Source of the DNA: an uncultured Candidatus Rokubacteria bacterium | GTDB taxonomy: Bacteria; Methylomirabilota; Methylomirabilia; Rokubacteriales; CSP1-6 | DNA length: 64,000 bases | Assembly: GCA_963758635.1 (NCBI GenBank) | Contig: CAVWWD010000006.1 | Coordinates: forward strand, 360,180 to 424,179 | Direction: 5' to 3' | In this document: in pieces, positions 38,612-51,967 of the stretch | Layout: the number at the start of each line of letters is the position of its first letter | Numbering within the stretch: position 1 is the stretch's first letter | Notes under the pieces: model-generated | What the model saw: only the letters and a program-made list of their open reading frames with translations | What the model was told of the DNA's origin: nothing | The model's database searches: none | Translations under genes and position numbers: made by a program

Positions 38612-39886
38612 CTACCACCGGAGGCGGGACTCGAGCTCCACGCCGCGGCGCCGGGCGCGCCAGCGGATCACCTTCACGACCTGGAAGAAGGCCCACAGCG
38701 AGAAGCGGAACCGCTTCGGCAGCGTGCCGAAGGAGCCGCCGGCGAGGACGCCGGTCACCGCGTCGACCATCCCCAGGACGTTCCGCGGGTGCAGGAACAC
38801 GTCGAGGAACGCGCGGTCGTAGAAGGACTCGATGAACTGCTCGAAGGGCCGCGTGCCGCGCCGCACCGCGCGCTCGTAGCCGCGGAAGCGCCGGGCCTGG
38901 AAGCGGCCGTCGCGGAACGCGCGCAGCACCGCCTGCGGCGGCGAGCTCGCCCGACTGCATCGCGATGAACACGCCGGGCGAGAAGATCGGGTCCACGAAG
39001 GCCATGGCGTCGCCCACGCACACGAAGCGATCTCCCACCGCCGGCTCGACCGAGTAGGCGATGTTGGACACGGTGTGCACGGGCGTCACGCGCTCGGCGC
39101 CGTGCACGTTGTCGCGCACGGCGTGGCAGCGCTCGATCATCTCCGCGAAGAGCGTCTCCACCGATCCCGTGCGGCCCTTGACCACGCGCTGGTGGAGGAC
39201 GCAGCCCACGCTGGTCTCGTCGTGCGCGATCGGGATGTACCAGAACCAGCCCTCGGGGAAGATGTAGATCCGCACGTGGCCTTCCTCGCGGCCGGGGAAG
39301 CGCCGGGCGCCCCGGAAGTAGGCGAAGACCGCCACCTTGCCGAGGTTCGGGCGCGGGATGCGGCGGCCCTGGCGCGCGGCGAGGAAGGCGTCGCGTCCGC
39401 TCGCGTCCACCAGGAACGCCGCGCGGAACGGCTTCGGCCCCGCGCCGTGATCGATCATCGCGGTGACGCCGTCCGCGTCGAAGGCCGCCTGCTCGACGGT
39501 GGCGGGCTGGCACACGCGCACGCCCTGCTCGGCCGCGTGCTCGAGCAGGATCTGGTCGAACTCCGCGCGGTGGACATCCAGCGTGTACGCGGGCCACGGG
39601 CGCCCGGGCCGGAAGCCGAAGGTGGAGGAGGCGCCGAACTCCTGGTCGTGGAAGGTCGCGCCGTACTTCATCTGGAAGCCGTGGGCGAGGACGCGCTCGA
39701 GGACGCCGAGCCGCTCGCAGATCGACATGCACGTGGGGATGAGGGACTCGCCCACCTTGAAGCGCGGGAACCGCTCGCGCTCCACCAGCGTGACCGGAGG
39801 CCGCCCTTGGCGAGGAAGGTGGCCGTGGTGCTCCCGCCGGGGCCGCCTCCCACCACCAGCACGTCAGCGTCACGCGGGGCCGTCAT
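38612..39886 (-). CDS. Flavin-dependent halogenase-like protein (frameshifts near 39795 and 38935)
   Basis: GGGPGG, FPRFKVGESL, KYGA lysine, WFWYIP, FVDPIFSPGV. Confidence 0.82.
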
Positions 39887-40002
39887 CGTGGGGGCATCTT
39901 ACACCGCGCGTGTTCTCTGTCGGAACCGCGCGGCCGGACCGCGACGTTGCGCGAGGGTCTGACTCCGTCGTTGCGACGACGTTGCGTCCCGTCTGCGGAC
40001 CG

Positions 40003-40594
40003 TCAGCGTTCCGGGACGGTCCAGAGGTAGATGGGGCGCTCCCGGCTGTTGCTCCAGATGCGGCGGGTCTCCTGCGGCGGCCAGTCGTCCATGTCGTGCC
40101 AGTGGGACACGATGCGCGCGCCGGGCCGGAGGTCGCGGAGGAGCCTCGGCCGCAGGGCCAGGTTCAGCTCGGGCGAGAGGAACAGCGTGAGCACCGTGGC
40201 GTCCGCGATCGGGGCGGTGAAGAAGTCCTGGCGCCGGAACTCCAGGAGGTCGGCGACGCCGGCCAGGTCCGCCATCTCCCGGCTCTCGGTCAGGCGTCGC
40301 GGATCGATCTCGACGCCGACGCCGCGGGCGCCGAAGCGGCGCGCCGCCGTGGTGACGACGCGCCCGTCGCCGCACCCCAGGTCGTACACGACGTCGCCCG
40401 CTCGCACCTTCGCGAGGCGCAGCATCGCGTACACCACGTCCATCGGCGAGGGCTCGTAGTGGACATCGGGCAGGCGGCCCAACGGCGAGGAGGCGCCGTC
40501 GCGGACCACTCCCTCCACGAGGCCGGGCGCGCGGCGATGCGCCCGCTCCCTCGCGCCGGCTCGGCCCGTCCAGCGGCACCGCGTCGCGCTCCAT
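40003..40594 (-). CDS. Class I SAM-dependent methyltransferase (start uncertain)
   Basis: DVHYEPSP, YDLGCGDGR, GVEID, RIVSH. Confidence 0.85.
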
Positions 40595-40603
40595 CCGGCG
40601 GCG

Positions 40604-40742
40604 TCAGGACTCGAAGCGCTGGTCGCGCGCCTGGATGCGCGCCTTCACGCCCTTGGCGCGCGCTTCGGCGCCATAGGTGCCCTGCGCCTGCCGTGGGGGA
40701 TCGTGATCATGTAGTTCTCGTAGAGGACCGTGTGAAGTCCAT
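40604..40742 (-). pseudogene. Possible crotonase/enoyl-CoA hydratase vestige with only the termini left
   Basis: GGGAG RBS, MDF.TVLYE..ITI start and ARAKGVKARIQARDQRFES-stop end. Confidence 0.4.
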
Positions 40743-40771
40743 GCCGGTCTCCCTGCCTGGCCGCGGCGGTG

Positions 40772-42140
40772 TCAACGGCGCTCCCAGTCGCCGCGCTCGG
40801 CGCGCGGCAGCCCGAGGTTCTCGCGCAGCGTGGTGCCCGCGTACTCCCGGTGGAAGAGCCCGCGCCGCTGCAGCTCGGGCACCACGAGCCGGGCGAAGTC
40901 CTCGTACGCGCCGGGCACGTGGGTGGCGGCGAGCACGAACCCGTCGCACGCGCGGCCGCTGAACCACTCCTCGAGGCCGTCGGCGACGTCGCTCGGCGCT
41001 GCCCACGAAGCGGGGCAGCTCGCGCACGGTGCCGCGCCCGCTGTGCTTGACGAAGTCGCGCGTGGTCGGGTTGGGCGTGCCCGAGACCTGCACCACGCGA
41101 TCGCGGAGCGCGAGGAGGCCGCTCAGGCCGGCGAGGTCGGCGTCGGTGAACGGCTCGTCCATCCCGCGCGCGGCGAAGTCGTAGTTCAGCACCTCGGAGA
41201 GCAGCACCAGCGTGTCGAGCGGATGCGCGAGCTTGTCGATGTACGCGAGCTTGTCCTCGGCCATCGCGCGGGTCTCCCCGACCACGCAGTACATCGCGGG
41301 CGCGATGTGGATGCGCTCGGGGTCGCGGCCCAGCGCGGCGGCCTCGGCCTTGATCTCCCGGTACGCCCGCTGGGCGATGTCGAGGCGCGGCAGGATCACG
41401 AACAGCAGCTCCCCCCAGCGCGCGGCGAAGCGCTTCCCCCGCCCGCTCTGGCCCGCCTGGATCAGCACCGGCCGCCCCTGCGGGGAGCGGGGCACCGTGA
41501 ACGGCCCCCGGCTGCGGAACCACTTGCCGCGGTGATCGAGCCGGTGGACCTTCGCGGGGTCGGCGAAGACCCCGCGCTCCCGGTCGAACTCGATGGCGTC
41601 GTCCTCCCAGGTGTCCCAGTGGCGCAGCACGACCTCGACGAACTCGTCGGCGCGGTCGTAGCGGGCGTCGTGCTCGGGATGGGCCTCGCCGCCGAAGTTC
41701 GCCGCCTCGGAGTCGTTGAGCGAGGTCACGATGTTCCACGCCGCGCGCCCGCCGATCATGTGGTCGAGCGTCGCGAACGTCCGCGCCACGTGGAACGGCT
41801 CGTAGTACGTCGTCGAGTACGTGCCGCCGAGGCCGAGGCGCCGGGTGGCCATCCCCATCACGGTGAGCAGCGGGATCAGGTCCATCTTCACCACGCGGAT
41901 GCCGTGCCGGACCGACTCCGCGAAGTCGTCGCCGTACCGGTCGGGCATGGCGAGACGGTCGTCGAAGAAGGCCAGGTGGAAGCGGGCGTCCTCCAGCGTG
42001 CGCGCGATGCGCTGGAAGTACTCCGGGCGCAGGAAGTCGTCGCGGGACTCGGCGTGGCGCCACGACGCGGGGTAGTTGGAGCAGTTCTGGGCCTGGAGGA
42101 ACGCCACCATCACCATCTGCCGGATCGGATCAGCGGCCAC
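40772..42140 (-). CDS. NtaA/DszA/DmoA-family flavin monooxygenase (frameshift near 41000)
   Basis: SWRH, STTYYEPFHVARTFATLDH, GRAAWNIVTS, SPQGRPVLIQAGQS. Confidence 0.92.
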
Positions 42141-42995
42141 GTCGGTCCTTTCGCTTGCCGGCCGGGGCTCGTGCGGGTCGGCGCGCCGTCGTCGCCGGCC
42201 GGGCGCGCGGCGCCGGCGCGGCCTCGAGCTCGATGCCGAACACGGCGGCGAGCCGGTCCTCCGCGATCACGCGCCGCCCGCGGCGCGACGGGCTCGCGGG
42301 CTCGGGTCAGCCCGGCGGCGGCGCCGGCCAGGAGCTCCGTGTGCGCCACCCCGCGGAGCCGGAAGAGCATCTCCGGGTCGTCGTCCAGCCTGACGCCCAC
42401 GCCGTAGAGGGTGGCCGCGACGTGCTTGCAGAGCCACGATCCGCGGGCGCCGTCCGGGCACGTGCACCGGTAGCGGATCTCCGCGGGCGCCGGGAAGAGG
42501 CCGGTGCCCTGGCGGCACACCTGGTCCATGACCCCCTCGTCGAAGCGCCCGGCGAGGAGCTCCACCACCGAGTCGATCCTCCCCGCGCACGCCTTGACGA
42601 GCGCTCTGCCAGCGCGGCCGCGCCATCGCCTCGATGCGCACGTCGACCTGGTAGACCTCGGAGCCGCTGACGAGCGCGGTCACCGCGCCCGCCTCGATCC
42701 CCAGGTGGATGACCAGGCCGTTCCGGAGATAGCTGCGGCCGCGCTCGAGCCGGTTGACGAGCGCGGCGTAGGCGGCGAGGTTGTCGCACCACGCCCGGCC
42801 CCAGAACGTCCGGGCGAGCGCGCGCCCGCGCCCGCTCGGCGCCACCGGCGCCAGCGCGCGGTCGCGGGGCCGGCGGGCGGCCACGTAGCGCGCGGCGACC
42901 TCCCGGCGCTCCGCCACGGACACGTAGGGCGGAAAGGCTGCCCAGCGACGGAAGGCCCACGCGGGCGCGACGGGACGGCGGGGGCGCGGCATCAC
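42130..42995 (-). CDS. SWIM zinc-finger protein (frameshifts near 42600 and 42270)
   Basis: TFWGRAWCDNL, NRLERGRSYLRNG, CTCPD...CKHVAATLYGVG. Confidence 0.88.
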
Positions 42996-43056
42996 GCGCC
43001 CGCGGGCGGGCCGAGGAACGGCATTGCGGACACCCGCGGCACGCCGGGGGACCGGA

Positions 43057-45796
<2,740 letters not shown>

Positions 45797-45800
<4 letters not shown>

Positions 45801-46231
45801 GGACGACCCGGTCTCACGACCTCGAATCCGAGGGCCTCCGCCGCCCGGGCCTGCGCCACATCAGTCGTCATCAGCCGACGCACGTCCAGCTCTTCCATCG
45901 CGGCCACGTGCAGCCGGTCGAGCGAGCGGACGTGTGAGCGGGCCAACGACTTCTGCTGCCTCAGGGCGACGTTGAAGACGGTGCCGGGTAGCGTGACGAA
46001 CCTGAAGGGTTCGATCTCTCGCAGACGCTCGATCCGATCCAGATACGAGCGATACCTGCGCTCGCCGAGCAAGCCGCCGAGCCTCCGAGCGCGAAGCTGC
46101 ACGACCGCCTCGAGCTGGACCAGGACGGACACGACCACGACGGGCTCGCGCGCCACGGCACGGTCGACCGCCTCGCTGTCGGGCTCGTCGATGAGAAGCT
46201 TCAGGAAGCAGCTGCTGTCGAGGTAGATCAC
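45797..46231 (-). CDS. vapC: PIN-domain (VapC) toxin
   Basis: IYLDSS, RSLDRLHVAA, LMTTD. Confidence 0.88.
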
Positions 46232-46244
46232 GCCGGCCCGCGCG

Positions 46245-46502
46245 TCAGAGCGTGTGGTCCTCCCGGTCGCCGGCCAGCGCGGCGTCCACCCAGCGCTCCA
46301 CCTTCCCGCCGCTGGCCTTCCGCCGCCACCTCGCATGCGCGACGGGATCGAACCGCGGGCGAGGCTTCCTGCTCTCCGTGATTCGAACGAGCCTGGCCAC
46401 CGGAGCGCCGTCCCTGGTGACCACGACTTCGCCTTCTCGCCGGAGCAGCGCCTCGGCGGCGGGCCATCTCTGCCTCAGATCCCGCACGCTGATGGTCTTC
46501 AT
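46245..46502 (-). CDS. Phd/YefM-type antitoxin
   Basis: MKTISVRDLR...EVVVTRDGAPVARLV. Confidence 0.88.
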   Translation of the reverse strand: MKTISVRDLRQRWPAAEALLRREGEVVVTRDGAPVARLVRITESRKPRPRFDPVAHARWRRKASGGKVERWVDAALAGDREDHTL

Positions 46503-46562
46503 GGGCGAAGATTAACATGTTTCACACCAGGTGCTCTGCCCACGCGGAGAGCGTCGCGGTCG

Positions 46563-47003
46563 TCATCGGCCGGGCACCACCACGGCCAACCCTCGATCGC
46601 CGAAGGCCTTGAAATCGTCGGCATTGAAGGTCAGCAGCGTCACGTCCCGCTCCCGGAGGGCGCACTCGGCAATCACCGCGTCGTATGTACGGCCACCCGC
46701 GATGCCGGCGCTGGCAAGGCGGCGCACGAGGTCGCGGTACGCCCGCTCGTCGAGGGCGATCACCTGTCCGTGCTCCATGAAGCTTCCCTCGATCAACTCC
46801 AGGGCGCTCGCCGGCGACACGCGGTGCGGCGGCGGCAGGCGGGTCAGCACCGCATAGGATTCGACCGCGGCGGGGGCCGCGATCAGCATGGGCTCGGCGG
46901 CACGCAGGCGCCGGTCGATCTCTCCGATCGCCTCGCGGTGGCGCTCGTGCCACGCACAGACCGCGGCCACCATGCAGCTCGTATCGGGAAGAAACCCCGG
47001 CAT
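46563..47003 (-). CDS. vapC: PIN-domain (VapC) toxin
   Basis: LPDTSC, ESYAVLTR, GRTYDAVIA, LLTFNADDF. Confidence 0.9.
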   Translation of the reverse strand: MPGFLPDTSCMVAAVCAWHERHREAIGEIDRRLRAAEPMLIAAPAAVESYAVLTRLPPPHRVSPASALELIEGSFMEHGQVIALDERAYRDLVRRLASAGIAGGRTYDAVIAECALRERDVTLLTFNADDFKAFGDRGLAVVVPGR

Positions 47004-47010
47004 GCGACGG

Positions 47011-47274
47011 CTAGGCTCGACGGGTCCGGCTCCGCCGAAGATCCTCGCGCGTTCGCTCCACCGCCTCGGACGTGAGGGCAGGGACCTTGGCCCCCGCCAC
47101 CGCGACGAGGAGCCGCCCCTTTCGCACCAGACGTACTGACAACGGCGCCGCCTCGATCTCGATCCGGCCCTCGCGGAGCCTGATATCGAGCGGCATTCCC
47201 GGCTTCAAGCCCGCTTCACGCCGGATCTCCTTCGGAATCACGAGGCGTCCGGCCTGATCGATGGTCGTTTTCAT
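47011..47274 (-). CDS. AbrB/MazE/SpoVT-family antitoxin
   Basis: MKTTIDQAGRLVIPKEIRREAGLKPG. Confidence 0.9.
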   Translation of the reverse strand: MKTTIDQAGRLVIPKEIRREAGLKPGMPLDIRLREGRIEIEAAPLSVRLVRKGRLLVAVAGAKVPALTSEAVERTREDLRRSRTRRA

Positions 47275-47318
47275 GGCATTGAGAATACCATCGGATCTAC
47301 CATCCTTGCCAGGCCTCT

Positions 47319-48536
47319 TCACACGATGCCGCGGCGGGCGAGGGCGGCGAGGTCGTCCTTGGTGAGGCCGAGCCGCTCGCAGTAGATCTCCTCGTTGTGT
47401 TCGCCGACCCGCGCCGGCCCCGCGCTCGTCACGGCGCCGGGCGTGGCCGAGAGCTTCGGCACCACGCCGGGCATCCACACCGGGCGGCCGTCCGGGCCCG
47501 GGACGGAGATCAGGTTCTCGCGCGCTCGCATGTGCTCGTCCTCGAAGATGTCGCGGGCGCTGTTCACGCGCGAGCACGGAACCTCGGCGGCCTCGAGCCG
47601 GCTCAGCGCGTCGGCGGCGTCGAGGCCGCCCACCCACGCCTGCACGCGCCCGTCCAGGTCGACGCGGCGGCGGATGCGGTCGTCCATCGAGGCGAACTCG
47701 GCGCGGAGCGCGGGGTCGCCCATGGCATCCACGGTGAGGCGCTCGAACATGCGGTCGTTGGTGCATGCGACGGCGATCCACCCGCCGTCCCGGGTCTGGT
47801 AGTGGTTGTGCGGCACCACGTACTCCGTGCCCGAGCCGATGCGCTCGCGCACCTTGCCGAGCGCCGCGTACACCGGGATCAGCTCGTCGAGCATCCGCAT
47901 CATCGGCTCGTAGAGCGCGACGTCCACCACCTGCCCCTGGCCCGTGCGGTGCCGGCTCTGGACGGCGGCGAGCGCGCCGAAGGCGCCCATCACGCCGGCC
48001 AGGTAGTCGGGAATGGTGGGCGTGCCCGGCGACACCGGCGGCCGGTCGGGGTGGCCCGAGATGTAGCTCGCCCCGCTCACCGCGCCGGCGATGCGCCCGA
48101 AGCCCGGCCGCTCCCGGCTGGGCCCGGTCTGGCCGAAGGCCGAGATGCGCACCATCACCAGCCGCGGGTTGATCCGCGACAGCTCGTCCCAGCCGAGGTT
48201 CCACTTCTCCATCGTGCCGGGACGGAAGTTCTCGGCCAGGATGTCCGCCTGCGCCGCCAGGCGCGTGATCAGCGCCTGGCCGTCGGGCTCGCGAAGGTTG
48301 CAGGTGATGGACTTCTTGTTCCGCGACTCGACCAGCCACATGTAGGAGACACCGTCCGCGGCCTTGTGGCCGAGCCGCCGGAGGTCGTCGCCCCGTCCCG
48401 GCTGCTCGACCTTGATGACCTCGGCGCCCAGCTCCCCCAGGAGCGTGCAGCAGAAGGGCGCGGCGACGAACGTGGCGAGGTCCAGCGCCACGAGGCCCTC
48501 GAGAGCCCCGTGGCGCTCGGTTCCGTCTAGGACCAC
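47319..48536 (-). CDS. CaiB/BaiF class III CoA-transferase
   Basis: LEGLVALDL, LGAEVIKVEQP, RNKKS, ENFRPG, SAFGQTGP. Confidence 0.92.
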   Translation of the reverse strand: MVLDGTERHGALEGLVALDLATFVAAPFCCTLLGELGAEVIKVEQPGRGDDLRRLGHKAADGVSYMWLVESRNKKSITCNLREPDGQALITRLAAQADILAENFRPGTMEKWNLGWDELSRINPRLVMVRISAFGQTGPSRERPGFGRIAGAVSGASYISGHPDRPPVSPGTPTIPDYLAGVMGAFGALAAVQSRHRTGQGQVVDVALYEPMMRMLDELIPVYAALGKVRERIGSGTEYVVPHNHYQTRDGGWIAVACTNDRMFERLTVDAMGDPALRAEFASMDDRIRRRVDLDGRVQAWVGGLDAADALSRLEAAEVPCSRVNSARDIFEDEHMRARENLISVPGPDGRPVWMPGVVPKLSATPGAVTSAGPARVGEHNEEIYCERLGLTKDDLAALARRGIV

Positions 48537-49300
48537 ACGTCCCGCGGGATCGGCAGCCCGTCGTAGTCCGCGTCGGTCAGCGGCGCGTCGGCGCGGACGC
48601 CCATCTGGTCGAGGAACCAGTAGATCTGGCGCAGGTGCTGGGCGGCGTGCCAGGTGGTGCGCTCCATGAACTCGTGCGTCGTCTGCGGCCCGTAGTAGGT
48701 GCTGACGCTGCCGTCGCACCAGCCGGGCCGCGTCACGTAGTCGGCGATCCGCCGGCGCACCGTCTCGCCGTACGCGGCGACGGCCTCGCCGTCGGCCATG
48801 TCCGCGGGCGCGCGCTCCTCGAAGACGTTCGCGCCCAGGTGCCCCTGCTCGCGCGTGTCCACGAACCCCGCGCTCAGGCGGAAGACATGGTAGCCGAGCT
48901 GGTGCACGCTCCGGTCGCGCCCGGGCTTCTTCATGCCGAGGTGCTCGCGCGGGATCTGCCGGAGCGCGCGCTGGGTGCCGGCGAGCACGCGGTCGAGCCG
49001 CCGCGCCAGCTCGTCGGGCAGCAGCGGATCCCGCTCGCGCCACTCCACGCCGACCAGCGCGGCCAGCGCCTTCGGGTTCCACCCGTGCACCACGCGCCCA
49101 TCGAAGATGGTGGCAGGCACGCGGTCGATGCCGTGAGCCTGAAGGTCACGCTTGCGCTCGGGCTCGGCCTCGACGTCGAAGCCGTCGAACGACACTCCCC
49201 ATGACGAAAGCAACTCTTTCGTCTTGGCGCAGGAGCTTCAGCCCTGCCGGTAGTAGACCCGCGCCTTCTCCTCCAGCCTCGCCGACGTGCTCTGGGTCAT
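48527..49300 (-). CDS. Selenoprotein: glutaredoxin-like UxxC domain fused to a DinB/S-transferase-like domain
   Basis: AAGGAG RBS, ATG 49300, MTQSTSARLEEKARVYYRQG-TGA(49238-49240)-SSCAKTKELL in frame with ORF 48527-49213; RVPA/DG thioredoxin-fold motif; GYH and WHAAQH histidines. Confidence 0.85.
49195..49235 (-). promoter_or_regulatory. Bacterial SECIS-like hairpin
   Basis: Perfect 8-bp stem GACGAAAG-AGUUG-CUUUCGUC starting 14 nt after UGA; lower pairs CCA/UGG and CUCC/GGAG. Confidence 0.75.
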
Positions 49301-49405
49301 CGCGGTCTCCTTCGCTCCGGGGTGTGGCGGCGGTCGCCGTCCTCGACTATACGCCAGGTCTGCGAGCGACCGGACGCGCGGCGGCTGTTCAAGCTCGACG
49401 CGCTC

Positions 49406-49661
49406 GCGCGCTCATTCCAGGGGCGGCGGGTGGGGGCCCGGGGTCGCGGGTGCTGCCCTCAGTCGCTGTGTCCGACCCGTGCGCTCAACAGCGCGCAGGC
49501 TGTGGCGGTGGGTGGGGGCCCGGGGTCGAGGGGTGCTTCCCCTCCAACCGGCATCGTACCCAGCGCGCCCGGATGGAGCCCAGTCCCAGCGGGGCAGCGC
49601 ACGCGTGCGACGTCGCCCCGCGACCCCGGGCCCCCACCCGCCGCCCCTGGAATGAGCGCGC
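49406..49661. repeat. Repeat family A (MITE/REP-like): partial and full copy bounded by perfect 45-bp inverted repeats
   Basis: 49406-49450 is the exact reverse complement of 49617-49661; the core recurs at 51709, 52001 and 57661. Confidence 0.9.
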
Positions 49662-49723
49662 AAGCTTGACGCCCCTCCTGCCGGGGCGAGGCGGCGACGC
49701 GCCCGCTATGGTAGCCTCCGTCC

Positions 49724-50903
49724 GTGGCGCTCACCGCGGATGTCGTCATCGTCGGCGGCGGCGTGACGGGCACGAGCCTCGCGTTCCACCTCACCACCCG
49801 GGGCGTGCGTGACGTTGTCGTCCTCGACAAGAGCTTCGTGGCCTCGGGGGGCACGGGCAAGAGCTCGGCCTGCGTGCGCCAGCACTACTCCACCGCGGAA
49901 ACGTGCCGCATGATCCTCTACTCGCTCGACTGCTTCCAGCGCTTCGCGGAGATCACGGGAGGCGGCTCGTGCGGGTTCCGCCACACCGGCTACCTCCTCG
50001 GCGTCGACGAGCGCATGCGCAAGCCCATGGAGGCGTCGGTGGCGCTCCAGCGCTCGGTCGGCATCGGCACGCGCCTCGTCTCGCCCGACGAGATGCGCGA
50101 GATCGAGCCGCGCCTGCGGACCGAGGACTTCGTGGCCGGCTGCTACGAGGCGGCGTCGGGCTACTGCAACCCCGCCGAGACGGCCCAGGGCTTCGCGCGG
50201 GCCGCGCGCGACCGCGGCGCGCGCGTCATGGAGGAGACCGAGGCGCTGGGCGTCCTCACCGAGGGGAGCCGCGTGACGGGCGTGCGCACGAGCCGCGGCG
50301 ACATCCAGGCGCCGCGCGTCGTGAACGCCGCGGGCCTGTGGGGCGCGCGCGTGGGCGCCATGGCCGGCGTGGACCTGCCCATCACGGTGTGCCGCCACAA
50401 GATCAGCATCGTGTCGTGGCCGGAGGCGTCGCGCCGGCCGCATCCGATGGTCGTACGACTTCGTCAACAACATCTACACGCGGCCCGAGATGTCCGAGCA
50501 CATCCTGGTCGGCGGCCTCGACTCCGAGGAGTCCCACGACCTCGCCGATCCGGACGCCTACAAGGAAGGCGTGAGCCTCGACGAGTCCGCCGACGCGCTC
50601 GCCCGTGTCAGCGACCGCTTCCCCGTGCTCGCCGACGGCCGCATCGCGCGCGGCTACGCGGGGTGCTTCGACGTGTCGCCCGACTGGCATCCGATCATGG
50701 ACCGCGTGGGCCCCGAGGGGTACCACGTCGCCGTGGGCTTCTCCGGCCACGGCTTCAAGCTCTCCCCCGCCGTCGGCCACATGATGGCCGCCCTCGTCAC
50801 CGAGGGGCCGGGCGGGCACCCGGACCTGCCGACGTTCCGCTTCTCGCGCTTCGCCGAGGGCAAGCCCATCCGCGGGACGTACGGCGACTGGCTGATGTGC
50901 TGA
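49724..50903 (+). CDS. FAD-dependent oxidoreductase, sarcosine oxidase/DadA family (frameshift near 50455)
   Basis: IVGGGVTG, SGGTGKS, VNAAGLW, DVSPDWHPI, GFSGHGFKLSPAVG. Confidence 0.9.
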
Positions 50904-50918
50904 GGCGGCGACGGCGCC

Positions 50919-51683
50919 ATGCCCGGGGTGAAGGATCGCGTGGCCGTCGTGACGGGGGCGGCCCATGGGCTGGGCCGCGAGATCGGCCGGCTCCTCGCGC
51001 GGGAGGGCGCGCGCGTCGTCCTCGGTGACATCGACGCCGCCGGCGTCGAGCGCGTGGCCGCGGACATCGCGGCGGCTGGCGGTGCCGCAGTGGCGGTGGC
51101 CGGCGACGTCACCGAGGAAGCGGGCGCCGCGGCGCTGATCGACGCCGCCGTCGAGCGCTTCGGCCAGCTCGACATCCTCGTCAACAACGTCGGCGGCAGC
51201 CGCAACAGCAAGGTCTGGGAGATGCCCGCCGCGGACTGGGACTTCGTCCTCCGCCTGAACCTCCGCGGCACCTTTCTCTGCACCCGCGCCGCCGCCCGCC
51301 ACATGATGCCCCGCCGCTACGGCCGCATCGTCTGCATGTCCTCGGGCGCCCGCGAGGGCACGCCCTGGACCGCCTACTACCAGGGCGGCGCCGCGTACTC
51401 CGCGGCGAAGGCCGGCGTCCACGGCTTCGTGCGCGACGTGGCCCTCGAGCTGGCCGAGCACGGCATCAACGTCAACGCGGTCGCCCCCGGCCCCATCGAC
51501 ACCGAGCGCACGGGGCCGAACCTGCGCGCGCTCAACGCCACCGTGGACTACAGCCCCGACCGCATGACACCGCTGCGCCGGCTCGGGCAGCCCATCGAAG
51601 TCGCCCACGCCGTCCTCTTCCTGGCCTCCGAGGAAGCCAGCTACATCACCGGCCACACGCTCTCCGTCGCCGGCGGGCGCTGA
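50919..51683 (+). CDS. SDR family oxidoreductase
   Basis: TGAAHGLG, LVNNVG, YSAAK, NAVAPG. Confidence 0.93.
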   Translation: MPGVKDRVAVVTGAAHGLGREIGRLLAREGARVVLGDIDAAGVERVAADIAAAGGAAVAVAGDVTEEAGAAALIDAAVERFGQLDILVNNVGGSRNSKVWEMPAADWDFVLRLNLRGTFLCTRAAARHMMPRRYGRIVCMSSGAREGTPWTAYYQGGAAYSAAKAGVHGFVRDVALELAEHGINVNAVAPGPIDTERTGPNLRALNATVDYSPDRMTPLRRLGQPIEVAHAVLFLASEEASYITGHTLSVAGGR

Positions 51684-51708
51684 GGCGCCTCCTATCGTGC
51701 GGACAACG

Positions 51709-51870
51709 GCGCTCACTCCACGGGCGGCGGGCGGGGGCCTCCGGGGTCGCGGGGTGACGTCGCACGCGTGCGCTGCCCCGCTGGGACTGGGCTCCATCCG
51801 GGCGCTCGGGGTCCGACGCCGGTTGGAGGGGAAGCACCCCTCGACCCCGGAGGCCCCCCCCACCGCCCAC
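51709..51870 (+). repeat. Repeat family A copy
   Basis: Near-identical to 57661-57817. Confidence 0.9.
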
Positions 51871-51967
51871 GCCGGCCCGCTGTTGACGGCGATGACGAAA
51901 CTCCGGGCCACCGAAACTCCGAACCGAGGCGAAACTGCGGTTCAGCGAGGCGACGCAGGACGTGGTT

